The notes: generated by a model from the sequence alone, not told the origin. A DNA stretch of 64,000 nt from Hypanus sabinus (GCF_030144855.1 NC_082718.1:52762001-52826000), one strand, 5' to 3'. Counted from the first letter of the stretch, positions 12,525 through 23,903 are shown. Numbers and translations: made by a program.

Positions 12525-12835
12525 CTGTGAGACTGTGCTTGCTGGAGTTTAGAAGAATGAAAGGGGATCTCATTGAAACCTATCAAAAGGCCTAGATAGA
12601 GTGGACAGGGAGAGGATGTTTTCTACAGTGGGGGGGGGGGGGGTCTAGGACCAGAGGGCACAGTCTCAGAATACAAGGATGGCCTTTGAGTCAGCAGATG
12701 ATGAATCTGGGGAATTCATTGCCACAAATGGCTGTGGAGGTCAAGTTATTAAGTATAGTTAAAGTGGAGGTTGATAGGATCTTCAATAGTAAGGATGTCA
12801 AAGGGAAGAAGGCAGGAGAATGGGGTCCTGAGGGG
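12525..12835 (+). mobile_element. CR1 3'-end fragment
   Basis: LEFRRMKGDLIETY / RTRGH-type C-terminal sequence. Confidence 0.7.
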
Positions 12836-14424
12836 AATGAATATCCTTGCAGGCAGGTTTGCTGGAGCTGTTGGGAGGGTTTGAACTAATTTGGTGGGGA
12901 TGGGAGCTAGAGTGATAGGGCAGTTGGTTCACAAGCAGAGGCAGTATATAGTGAAACGTCAGGAAGGACAGGCAGATGAAAGGGCAGAATTGCAGTCAGT
13001 GGGATGAACTGCAGAGTAAGAAAGGGGATAAAATCAAAAAGGGTGACGGATGCAGGATTGAAGGTTAAATATATGAATGCATACAGCATACAGAATAAAA
13101 TAGACGATCTTATGGTGCAGTTAGAGACTGGTAGGTATGATGTTATGGGCATCACTGAGCAATAGCTGAAAAAAGATTATACTTAGGAGCGTAACATCCA
13201 AGGCCACACCCTGGATGACAGGCAGGTAGGCAGAGGGTGTGGCATGGTTATTGGTAAAAAATGAAAAATTAAATCAAACCCTTACAAAAAGGTGATATTG
13301 GATTGGAAGGCGTAGAATCCTTGTGGGTAGAATTAAGAAATTACAAGTTACAAAGGCCCAGATGGGAGTTATATACAGGTTTCCAAACAGTACCAGGATG
13401 TGGGCTACAAATTACAACAAGAGTTAGAAAAGGCATGTCAAAAAGGTAATGTTACAATAGTCATGGGAGATTTCAATATGCAGGTAGATTGGGAAAATCA
13501 TATTGATGCTGGATCCCAAAAAAGAGAATTTGCGAAATGTCTACAAGGTGGCTTTTTAGAGCAGCTTGTGGTTAAGCCCACAAGGGGATCAGCAGTTCTG
13601 GATTGAGTGATGTTTAATGAATCGGATTCGATTAGGGAGCTTAAGGTAAAGAAACCCTTCGGAGACAGTGATCGGAATATGATAGAATCATCCTGCAATT
13701 TGAGGATATCCTAAAGTCAGGTGCATCAGTATTAAAGTGGAGTAAAGGGAATTACAGCAGCATGAGAGAGGAGCTGACCAAAGTTAATTAGACAGGGGCA
13801 CTGGCAGGGATGCTGGCAGAGCAGCAATGGCTGCAGTTTCTGGGAGCAATTTGGAAGGTGCAAGGTAGAAATATCGCAAAGAAGAAGTATTCTAAAGTCA
13901 GGATGAAGCAACCATGGTTGACAATGGAAGCCAAAGCCAACAGGAAAGCAAAAGAGAGGACATATAATAGAGCAAAAATTAGTGGGAAGTTAGAGATTGG
14001 GAATTTTTTAAAAACCAACAGAAGGCAACTTAAAAAAAAACATAAGGATGGAAAAGATCAAATATGAAGGTCAGTTAGCCAACAATATCAATGAGATACA
14101 AGAAGTTTTTTCAGATACATGAAGAATAAAAGAGAGGCAAGAGTAGATTTGGACTACTGGAAAATGATGCTGGAGAGGTAGTAATATGGGACAACAAAAT
14201 GGTGGAAAAGCTGAGAAAATAATTTGCATTAGTCTTCACTGTGGAATTACAAGTTACACTGTCTTCACTCGTAGTATGCTGGAAGTTCAAAAGTGCCGGG
14301 GGCAGAAGTGAGTGAAGTTGTGATTACTAGGGAGAAGTTTGAAAGGTAGATAAATCACCTAGGTCAGATGGATTATACCCCTTGGTTCCGAAAGAGGTAG
14401 CTAAAGAGATTGTGGCGGTATTAG

Positions 14425-14612
14425 TGTGGTGAACTACATATTCTGCTCCTGTGGCTCCTCCCACAGACCCTGGTATAAAGGTGATTGGAGGTACAGCCCC
14501 TTCCTCAGTCTCCAGGATGTTGTGTTATGGTCACTTGCTGCTTGTTCTTTCTTCCAGCCAATAAAAGCCTATATCTTGCCTCACGTCTCTGAGAGTTATT
14601 GATGGTGCATCA
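14425..14612 (+). mobile_element. Solo LTR (188 bp) inserted in CR1 ORF2
   Basis: TG...CA ends, TATAAA, AATAAA, perfect 5-bp TSD ATTAG (14420-24 / 14613-17); same family as 61810-62026. Confidence 0.9.
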
Positions 14613-15758
14613 ATTAGTAATAATCTTTCAAGAATCACCAGACTCTGGAATGGTTCTGGAGGACTGGAAAATTGCAAGTGTCACTCCACTCTTCAAGAAG
14701 GGAAGGAGGCAGAAGAAAGGAAATTCTAAGCCAGTTAGACCGACCTCAGTGGTTGGGAAGATGGAGGAGTCGATAGTTAAGGATGTGGTTTCGAGGTACT
14801 TAGAGGTGCATGATAAAATAGACTGAAGTCTGCATAGTTTCCTTAAAGAGGAATCTTGCCTGACAAATCTGTTAGAATTTGTTGACAAACGATACGCAAA
14901 GGAGAATTGGTGGATGCTATATACTTGGATTTGTCAAGGTGCTGCACATGAGGCTGCTTAACAAGATAAGAGCCCATGGTATTACAGGAAAGATACTAGC
15001 ATGGATAGAGATTTGGCTGATTGGCAGGAGGCAAAGAGTGGGAATAAAGGAAGCCATTTCTGATTGGCTACGGGTGACTAGTGGTGTTCAGCAGAGGTCG
15101 GAATTGCAGCTATTTCTTTTTACATTGTATGTCAATGATTTTAATGATGGAATTAACAGCTTTCTGTCTAAGTTTGTGGACGATACAAAGATAGGTAGAG
15201 GAGCAGGAAATGGTGAGGAAGCAGGGAGTCTGTAGAAGGACTTTGACAGATTAGGAGAACAGGCAAAGAACTGGAAAATGAAATATAGTGTTGGGAAGTG
15301 TATGGTCATACACTTTGGTAGAAGGAATAGAAGCATAGACTATTTTCTAAACAGAGAGAAAATTTAAAAAAAAATCAAAGATGCAAAGGGAAATCCTTAA
15401 GAGCCCTCATGCAGGATCCCCTAAAGATTCATTTGCAGGTTGAGTCTGTAGTGAAGAAGGCAAATGTGATGTTAGCATTCATTTCAAGAGGACTAGAAAA
15501 TGAAAGAAAGGATGCAATGCTGAGGCTTTATAAAGCACTAGTGATGCCTCACAAAGAATTGTGCTCAGTTTTGGGCTGCTTTTTTAAGAAGGGATGTGCT
15601 AACATGGGAAAGGGTTCAGGGGAGGATCACAAGAATGATTCTGGCAATGAGTCTTATCATTTGAGGAGCAATAGAAGGCTCTGGGCCTGCACTCACTAGA
15701 ATTTAGAAGAATGAGGAAGAATCTCATTGAAGCCTATCAAATGCTGAAATGCCTAGTC

Positions 15759-16810
15759 CAGGGGTGGGCAAACTTTTTGACTTGTGGGCCACAAAGGGTT
15801 CTAAAATTTGACAGGGGGGCCGGACCAGGAGCGGATGGACGGAGTGTTTTGGTAACACACCTCATAAGAGAAAATAAAATATCATGGGATATGTAGAAAA
15901 CATGGGCTTTAATTTCAATTGAAAATGAACAAATGCATTACAACAAAATATCTGTCTTTAAAGTCCCATGGTATTTAGCTATTTATTGAAATGACTTTTA
16001 AAATACTGAAAATTAAATGAATAAAATACAGCTTTTTTTAATAGTAACAGTTATTATTTTAAAGCACTGAAAATTCTGTTATCCTTCAAGATATTATCAT
16101 CATCACTCTCCTCCTGACTGTCTTTATTTCAAAAACGGTAGGAGATGCAGGTCTACTTGTCCTGCTCCTTCTTATTCAATTGTCCCCTGTGCCAAAACTC
16201 AACAACGACCAGCACAAAGACAGAACAGTGACAGCGCGCCAGTATGTGGAGCGTGTTATTTGATCTGGAGCACATTTTTTATTTTGAGAACGTACGTGCA
16301 CCTGCGCACTACTCATGTCCATCACTTAACAGAAATGACATGTAACATGTAAGGCTTATTGAAAAAAATATTTTCAAATGCATTTTTTACATAACACAAC
16401 GAAGAAACTTATTTTTAATTTCAGTGGGAACAGTGTTGTTGGTCTCCTGTTTTAGCCAGCGCATCAAAGTCTGGATTTAGTTTTGTTGTGGCGATTCTCA
16501 GGATGGATCTGAGGTGTTGGTCAGTTAACTTGGATCTGTGGCTGGCTTTGTTGATGTTCATGACGCTGAACGCCTGTTCACACAAATAGGTCGAGCCGAA
16601 CAAAGAGTAAAGCGCAAATGTGGAGTAATACGCTGCACCTCAACAAAGGTCAATGTATATTGAGTGCGTCATCTATTGGGAAAACGCCAGAATTGTGGGA
16701 AAAAAAATGTTAACAAGGTTTATTAATATAATTTCATCAAGTTCTGCGGGCCAGATTTATAAGCTTAACGGGCCGCATATGGCCCGCGGGCCACAGTTTG
16801 CCCATGCCTG
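15759..16810 (-). mobile_element. Non-autonomous hAT (Charlie/Buster-type) DNA transposon
   Basis: TIRs CAGGGGTGGGCAAAC / GTTTGCCCATGCCTG; 8-bp TSD GCCTAGTC / GCCTAGAC with central TA; retains the transposase C-terminus. Confidence 0.92.
16421..16603 (-). pseudogene. hAT transposase C-terminal dimerisation fragment (GTF2IRD2/Charlie-like)
   Basis: FGSTYLCEQAFSVMNINK..HRSKLTDQHLRSILRIATT. Confidence 0.88.
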
Positions 16811-17147
16811 GCCTAGACAGTGTGGATGTGGAGAGGATGTTTTCTGTTGTGAAGGAGTCAAGGACTAGAGGGCACAAACTCAGAATAGAGGTATGTCAAT
16901 TTAGAACAGAGATGATGAGGAATTTCTTTAGCCAGAGAGTGATTGCCATAGGTGACTGTTGAGGTCAGGTCATTGGGTGCATCTAAGGTAGAGGTTGAGA
17001 GGTTTCTGATTAGTCAGGGAATAAAAGATTACAAGGAAGAGGCAGGTGAATATGGGTGAGAAGGAAATGGTGACGTAAACTTGAGGGGCTGAATGGCCTA
17101 ATTCTGCCCCATGTCTTTTGGTCTTAGAGATTTGTTATATAAATGTA

Positions 17148-17692
17148 CACTCAGTGGCCACTTTATTAGTTACACCTGTATACCTGCTCATTATTGGAAA
17201 TATCTAATCATCCAATCATGCGGCAGCAACTCAATGCAGAAAAGCGTGTAGACATGGTCAAGAGGTTAATTTGTTTTTCAGAACAAACATCAAAATGGGA
17301 AGGAAATGTGATCTAAGTGATCTATATGTGGAATGACAGCTGTTGCCAGAAGAAGTGGTTTGAATATCTCAGAAACTGCTGATCTGGGCTTTTCACACAC
17401 AGACATCTCTGGAGTTTAGAGCGAATGGTACAAAGAAAAGATCCAGTGCGCAGCAGTTCTATGGGTGAAAACACCTCGTCAGTGAGAGAGGTCGGGGGAG
17501 AATGGCCTGATTGGTTCAAGCTGACAGGAATGTAACTGTAACTCATAACTACGTGTTACAATAGTGGGGTGTACAACTCAAAGAATTCTGAACACTCAGA
17601 TCGACGAACTTTGAAGCGGATGGGCTACAAAAGCAGAAGACCATGAACATACACTCAGTGGCCACTTTATTAGAGGAGTTGGCCACAGAATG
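17148..17692 (+). mobile_element. Non-autonomous Tc1-derived element (left TIR, paired-like DNA-binding region, hairpin right end)
   Basis: TA-flanked; starts CACTCAGTGGCCACTTTATTAG. Decayed MGRKCDLSD..ISETAD..RMA.LVQADR..MGY.SRRP. Direct TIR copy at 17652 and inverted remnant at 17680-17692. Confidence 0.85.
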
Positions 17693-18194
17693 TAAGATGG
17701 AGGATTATGTGAATTGAAGGTCTGTCTACATATATACTGTAACATTATGAAATGGACCTGGACTATAAAGTTCCCTGCTGGTTCATCAGGCTCCCCCTCA
17801 TTTCTCCTTAAAATTTTAAAAGAGGCCACATCATATATTAACAGCAGAATTGAAGAAAGGTTAATAACTTATAACATTAACTCTCTTCTTCTCTCCATAG
17901 ACTCTGATTCAAATGTTGTGCATCTCTGATATTATCTGCTTAGACTTTAGAACACCATGATGTGCAGCCAGATTTTGATGAGTCAGGTAGTAGAATTCCA
18001 TATTAGCTCCCTGTGGAAATGAATGAGCTGTTGTGAAAGGGTTGGAAAACCTCCACAACTATTATAAGCTTGAGAGACCAAACTTTGAAAGTGTGGAAAT
18101 GAAAGCAGGAGTGTATTGGTTCTGAAGCCATTGGCACATTCACTGCTGTCAATGTCCCACGGAGTCGATTTCAAAGCTTGCATCAGTTGCCGTC

Positions 18195-18605
18195 CAATCT
18201 CCTTCCTATCAGAATCCTTCATCTCCAGCCCTTTACCTTTCCCACCCACCCTTCTTTACCTAACACCTCAGCAACACACACACAATGCCGGAGAAACCCA
18301 GCAGGCTATGCCACATCAATGGAAAAAGAGTAAACAGTCAACATTTCAGGCCAAACGTCACCCTTCATCAGGACTCCAGTTTTTCTCGTATTCACCTATC
18401 ATCTTCCAGCTACCCTTATTCTCCTCCCCCCACCTTTTTATCCTGGCATCTTCTCTTTTCCTTTCCAGTCCTGAAGAAGGGCCTCAACCAAAAATGTTGA
18501 ATGTGTATTCATTTCCATAGATGCTGCCTAACCTGCTGAGTTCCTCCTGCATTTTGTGTGAGTTGCTTTGGATTTCCAGCTTCAGCAGAATCTCTGGTGT
18601 TTACC
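18195..18605. mobile_element. Penelope-like pseudo-LTR fragments in inverted arrangement
   Basis: 18272-18378 is an inverted copy of ~18465-18560; same family as the tail of the Penelope element at 35560-35950. Confidence 0.75.
18336..18375 (-). ncRNA. Minimal hammerhead ribozyme-like motif (Penelope type)
   Basis: Minus strand reads AGTC-CTGATGA-AGG(...)CCT-GAAA-TGTT-GACT: stem I AGTC/GACT, CUGAUGA and GAAA boxes, stem II. Confidence 0.55.
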
Positions 18606-18960
18606 AATTCCTGTTACTGCTCGAAAGCTCTTAGCATTTGTATCATCCCAATATATTTCACTTCTGTGAGTAATCTAATTTGTTCATTTGGAATTCATGC
18701 TGATCTCAAGTGGGGTGTTAGAATTCTACCCTACTTCACGGTTTAGGGTGAAAATAACTCTCCTTCTACTCAGCTGGGGAATGGCACATCCTCTGATGAT
18801 CTGTCTCATTGGCAGTGACTGAAGGATGTGCTTGAGGCTTGGGTGCAGACATGTGCCATCTCCACTGACTCCCGAGAATCTCTAGCCCATACTGCTCAAA
18901 GTAGAGAAGCAAGATTCTAGATGCTGCTGAGAAACTTGAGGCCAGGCACTGGGTTGGCTC

Positions 18961-19650
18961 AAGATGGTCAAGATGGCACCTGCTTACAACGCTCCACGGT
19001 TGAAATCATCTAGATCGAACATGAAACTATTTATTTCACCTAATTTATGTCTTTTATACCTGTTGACCATTGGTGCCTGTGATTTGCAGTTTGAAGATCC
19101 TTTGGGTGATCCAATGTTTTTTCTGTCTCCGACCGGATTCCAGGAGGCAGTGGGTGCAAGCCTTGAGCAAAAATACTGCAGAGAGCATGAGCTTTTTTTG
19201 ATTCCATTTCGCCAATTAAAGCAACAAGGGAGATTGAAACATCAACGTGAATACAAGCGGCGAGTGCTGGCTGCCTGCCTTCTGATCGCTGGTGGGATTG
19301 CTCTGCTGCTGGAGAGAGGAGCCTGTATGACCTGCCACTGTGCCTGAGGGATGTTCCCAAGTGTTTCTGCATTGTGGATATGAGCACAGATATGGATTTG
19401 GACTGTGGTCTTTGGACTTTTTTCAGTCTTATAGTTTTTTTTCATATATTCTGCATTTTTACTTGTTCTTTCTCTTTTTGTGCGGGGGAGGGAGATATGG
19501 GGGTCAACGTTCTTGTGGTGTTTTGTGCGGGGGGAGAGGGGCCTGGAGATTGATGATGGTGTTGCCATTCCTTTTTTTCTTGGTTTCACGACTATCTGGA
19601 GAAGAAGAATCGCAGAGTTGGATATTTTGATAAGAAATTAACCTTTGAAG
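18961..19650 (+). mobile_element. Non-coding non-autonomous retroposon with AAGATGG head and Rex1-like 3' end
   Basis: Same architecture as 58889-59763 (pyrimidine-rich leader, GT-rich body, aagaat..cag..ttg..acctttgaa end). No protein homology seen. Confidence 0.45.
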
Positions 19651-19696
19651 CTTTTAAATCATTTGGGAACAATTGAGAGCCCTGGAATGAACCTAC

Positions 19697-19911
19697 TGTA
19701 GCGGTGTGCTACACGCAGCGCTAAAATTACGACACGGAGTCGGTAACTGCAGTCGAAGGAAAAAACTTTATTCGAAATCCTCAGCCTCACTTTTAAGCCT
19801 CCCTCAACCTGCCCCCCGTGGCGCAGAGGCTCCAAAGCTCTGTGCTCGCAAACCCCCGTAGGCGATCTAATTGTGAGCCGGTTCGGATGTGCCAGGAAAT
19901 GGGTCGCCACA
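19697..19911 (-). repeat. 3' LTR of Gypsy copy 1
   Basis: TG...CA, AATAAA, preceded on the minus strand by a G-run PPT. Confidence 0.95.
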
Positions 19912-20134
19912 TAACCCCCCCCCCCCCCCCCCCAGAACCGGCGATACACCCCCCAATGTCCACAGTCTGAGCCAGAACCTGCTTGGGAGGTCGGCCTCTG
20001 CGCCGAGGTGCCGGAAACTCAGCCAGTTGTGCCAGGTCCACATGGGCCGGTTAGAGGCGGTCCACCGTGAAAACCTCCTCTTTCCCCCCAACGTCCAGCA
20101 CGAACGTGGACTCGTTGTTCCGGAGCACCATAAA

Positions 20135-22986
20135 TCACCCCTCGTATGGCCGCTGCAGCGGTGGTCGATGCCCGCCCCTTCGTACAAACACAAACTTACA
20201 GTTCTGCAGGTCTTTGGGTATGCAGGTCGGGTTCCGCCCATGCTGTGAAGTGGGTATGGGGGCCAGGTTACCGAGCTTCTCGCGTAGTCTGCCCAGGACT
20301 GCTGCGGGAACTTCCTCTTGCCCCCGTGGGGCTGGTAGGAACTCCCCGGGGACGACCAGGGGCGCGCCGTATACCAACTTGGCCGACGAGGCGTGCAGGT
20401 CGTCCTTGGGCACTGTGCGGATGCCGAGTAGGACCCAGGGAAGCTCGTCCGCCCAGTTGGCTCCTCGCAGGCGGGCCGTGAGAGCCGACTTCAGGTGACA
20501 GTGGAAACGCTCCACTAGCCCGTTCGTCTGTGGGTTGTAGGCAGTAGTGTGGTGCACCTGAGTCCCCAAAAGGCTGGCCATAGCTGACCACAGGCTGGAG
20601 GTGAACTGGGCGCCTCTGTCGGAGGTAATGTGGGCCGGTACACCAAAGCGAGATATCCAGGTGGTGATCAGGGCTTGGGCGCAAGATTCGGAGGTGGTGT
20701 CGGTGAGCGGGACCGCCTCTGGCCATCTTGTGAACCGGTCCACGATAGTCAGGAGGTGCAGGGGGCCCACGATATCCACATGAATGTGGTCAAAACGCCG
20801 GTGGGTGGGATGGAACTGTTGCGGTGGGGCTTTGGTGTGCCGCTGCACCTTGGCCGTCTGGCAGTGCATGCACGTTTTGGCCCATTCACTGACCTGTTTG
20901 CGGAGTCCATGCCAAACGAACCTGCTGGAAACCATCCGGGCAGTTGTCCGGATGGAGGGATGCGCCAAGTTATGAATGGAGTCAAAAACACGGTGCCGCC
21001 AGGATGTCGGGACGACGGGACGGGGCTGGCCAGTGGCGACGTCACAGAGTAGGGTCCTCTCACCCGGGCCTACGGGGAGGTCCTGGAGCTGCAAACCGGA
21101 GACTGCGGTTCTGTAACTCGGAATCTCCTCATCCGCCTGCTGCGCCTCTGCCAGTGCCTCAAAGTCTACCCCTTGGGAAAGGGCATGAACGGTAGGGCGA
21201 GAGAGCGCATCTGCCACGACATTGTCCTTACCCGAGACGTGCCGGACATCCGTCATGTATTCAGAGATGTAGGACAGGTGGCGTTGCTGGCGGGACGACC
21301 AGGGGTCGGACCCTTTCGTAAACGCAAAGGTAAGCGGTTTGTGGTCCGTGAATGCGGTGAAGGACCGACCTTCTAGGAAGTACCTGAAATGCCGGATTGC
21401 CAGGTAGAGCGCCAAAAGTTCCTGGTCGAAAGCACTGTTCTTGAGCTCGGGTGGCCGCAGGTGTTTGCTGAAAAACGCCAGGGGTTGCCAGCGACCTGCG
21501 ATGAGTTGCTCCAGCACCCCACCGACTGCCGTGTTGGATGTGTCCACTGTGAGGGCGGTAGGGGCGTCCATTCTGGGATGGACTAGCATTGCGGCGTTTG
21601 CCAAAGCTTCCTTCGTTTGAACGAAAGCGGCGGCGGCCTCCTCGTCCCAGGTAATGTCCTTGCTCTGACCCGACATCAGGGCGAACAGGGGGCGCATGAT
21701 CCGGGCAGCTGAAGGGAAGAAGCGGTGGTAGAAATTGACCATACCTACGAATTCCTGAAGGCCTTTGATCGTGGTGGGTCGGGGGAAGTGGCGGACCGCA
21801 TCTACCTTAGCGGGCTGAGGGGTTGCCCTGTCTTTAGTAATCCTGTGGCCCAGGAAGTCAATGGTATCGAGTCCGAACTGGCATTTGGCGGGGTTGATTG
21901 TAAGACCGTACTCACTCAGTCGGGTGCAGAGTTGACGGAGGTGGGACAGATGCTCCTGACGACTGCTGCTGGCTAAGAGGATGTCGTCCAAATAGATGAA
22001 CGCGAAGTCCAGGTCCCGTCCCACCGCGTCCATTAACCGCTGGAACGTCTGTGCAGCATTCTTCAGGCCGAACGGCATGCAGAGGAACTCGAAAAGGCCA
22101 AACGGGGTGATGAGAGCCGTTTTGGGGACGTTGTCAGGATGCATCGGGATTTGATGGTACCCTCGGACGAGGTCTACCTTGGAGAAGATCCATGCGCCGT
22201 GCAGGTTTGCTGCAAAGTCCTGAATGTGCAGCATAGGGTAGCAGTCCGGTGTGGTAGCCTTGTTCAGCCTGCGGTAGTCACCGCACGGTCTCCAGCCTCC
22301 CATCGCTTTGGGCACCATGTGCAGGGGGGAGGCCCATGGGCTGTCGGACCACCGGATGATCCCCAATTCCTCCATCCTCTGGAACTCCTCCTTCGCCAGT
22401 CGGAGCTTGTCCGGGGGAAGCCTTCGAGCACGGACATGGAGGGGTGGTCCCTGGGTCGGGATGTGGTGCTGTACGCCGTGTCGGGGCATGGCCGCTGTGA
22501 ACTGCGGTGCCAGAACCGATGGGAAATCCGCCAGGACCCTGGTGAAGTTGTTGTCGGTCAGCGTGATGGAGCTGAGGTGAGGGGCTGGCAACTGGGCTGA
22601 ACCCAGGGAGAACGTCTGAAAGGTCTCGGCGTGTACCAGTCTCTTCCTGGGCAGGTCAACCAGTAGGCTGTGAGCCCGCAAAAAATCCGCATCCAGAAGC
22701 GGTTGGGCTACGGCGGCCAGTGTAAAGTCCCACGTGAACTGGCTGGAGCAGAACTGTAGCTGCGCCTGACGGGTGCCATAGGTCCTTACTGTGCTGCCAT
22801 TCACGGCCCTCAGGGGGGGACCCGGTGCCCTGCTGTGGGTGTCGTAACTCATTGGAGTAAAACGCTGATCTCGGCACCAGTGTCGACCAAAAACCGGCGT
22901 CCCGACCTTCTGTCCCACACATACAGGAGGCTATCCCGATGGCCAGCCGCCATAGCCATCAGCGGCGGCTGGCCCTGGCGTTTCCC
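20135..22986 (-). pseudogene. pol (PR-RT-RNaseH-IN) of copy 1, disrupted
   Basis: DTGA protease, YLDD, TDHKPL and integrase motifs. Frameshift near 22855, in-frame deletion of ~7 codons in the integrase (VGPLHLLT), premature stop at 20135 relative to copy 2. Confidence 0.93.
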
Positions 22987-23648
22987 AGGAATTTGCAGGG
23001 CGGGCGACAACGGCGGGCTTCTGCGCCCCACCGCTGGTGGTAGAAGCACCAGTGTTCATTGGGCCGGGGGTTGGCGGGCTCTGCGGCCGGGCCTGGACTG
23101 GTTTGCTGCTGGGAGCGTGGCTGGGAGATCTGTGCGATGGATGCCCCGCTCACCTTTTTGGCGTTCCACAGCAAGTCCGCCCAGGCTGCCACCTTCTGGG
23201 GGTCACTGAAATCCGCGTCAGACAGTAGCAGGCGTATGTCCTCGGGCAGCTGCTCCAGGAATGCCTGCTCAAACATGAGGCAGGGTGTGTGTCCGTCGGC
23301 TAGAGACAACATCTCATTCATTAAAGCCGATGGAGGTCTGTCGCCCAAGCCATCCAGGTGCAGTAAACGGGCAGCCCGCTCGCGCAGTGAGAGTCCGAAA
23401 GTCCTGAGGAGCAGGGCTTTGAATTCCGTGTACTTGCCATTTGCCGGGGGCGACTGTACGAACTCCGCAACCTGGGCCGCTGTGTCCTGGTCGAGGGAGC
23501 TCACCACGTAGTAGTAGCAGGTGTCTTCTAAGGTGATCTGGCGAACGTGGAATTGGGCTTCGGCTTGCTGGAACCATAGGTTCGGTCGCTGTGTCCAGAA
23601 ACCCGGCAGTTTCAACGAAACCGCATGAACCGAGGCGGCGTCGGTCAT
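22959..23648 (-). CDS. gag: gag of copy 1 (CHCC nucleocapsid type)
   Basis: ATG at 23648; KLPGFW..P.LWF.QAEAQF; C-x2-H-x9-C-x3-C ([18 protein letters not shown]). Confidence 0.92.
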   Translation of the reverse strand: MTDAASVHAVSLKLPGFWTQRPNLWFQQAEAQFHVRQITLEDTCYYYVVSSLDQDTAAQVAEFVQSPPANGKYTEFKALLLRTFGLSLRERAARLLHLDGLGDRPPSALMNEMLSLADGHTPCLMFEQAFLEQLPEDIRLLLSDADFSDPQKVAAWADLLWNAKKVSGASIAQISQPRSQQQTSPGPAAEPANPRPNEHWCFYHQRWGAEARRCRPPCKFLGNARASRR

Positions 23649-23688
23649 TTCTGGTCCAATAATCGTTTGGACCGTCCGGGTCACCAAT

Positions 23689-23903
23689 TTTAGTGGTGTG
23701 CTACACGCAGCGCTAAAATTACAACACGGAGTCGGTAACTGCAGTCGAAGGAAAAAACTTTATTCAAAATCCCCAGCCTCACTTTTAAGCCTCCCTCAAC
23801 CTGCCCCCCGTGGCGCAGAGGCTCCAAAGCTCTGTGCTCGCAAACCCCCGTAAGCTATCTAATTGTGAGCCGGTTCGGATGTGCCAGGAAATGGGTCGCC
23901 ACA
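23689..23903 (-). repeat. 5' LTR of Gypsy copy 1
   Basis: Matches 19697-19911; inner terminal CA mutated to AA. Confidence 0.95.

Larger units (their letters stand above)
12840..17127 (+). mobile_element. CR1 LINE, second family (end of ORF1, decayed ORF2, 3' tail), interrupted by a solo LTR and a hAT element
   Basis: ORF1 end EGLN*; APE (VMGDFN); RT (DWKIASVTPLFKKG, SKFVDDTK); 3' tail ggctgaatggcctaattctg at ~17090. Confidence 0.9.
19697..23903 (-). mobile_element. Full-length Gypsy LTR retrotransposon, CsRn1/Boudicca-type, copy 1 (defective)
   Basis: 215-bp LTRs with 7 mismatches by eye, 4-bp TSD CTAC (19693-96 / 23904-07), PBS 23673-23686, G-rich PPT, gag and pol. Confidence 0.97.
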
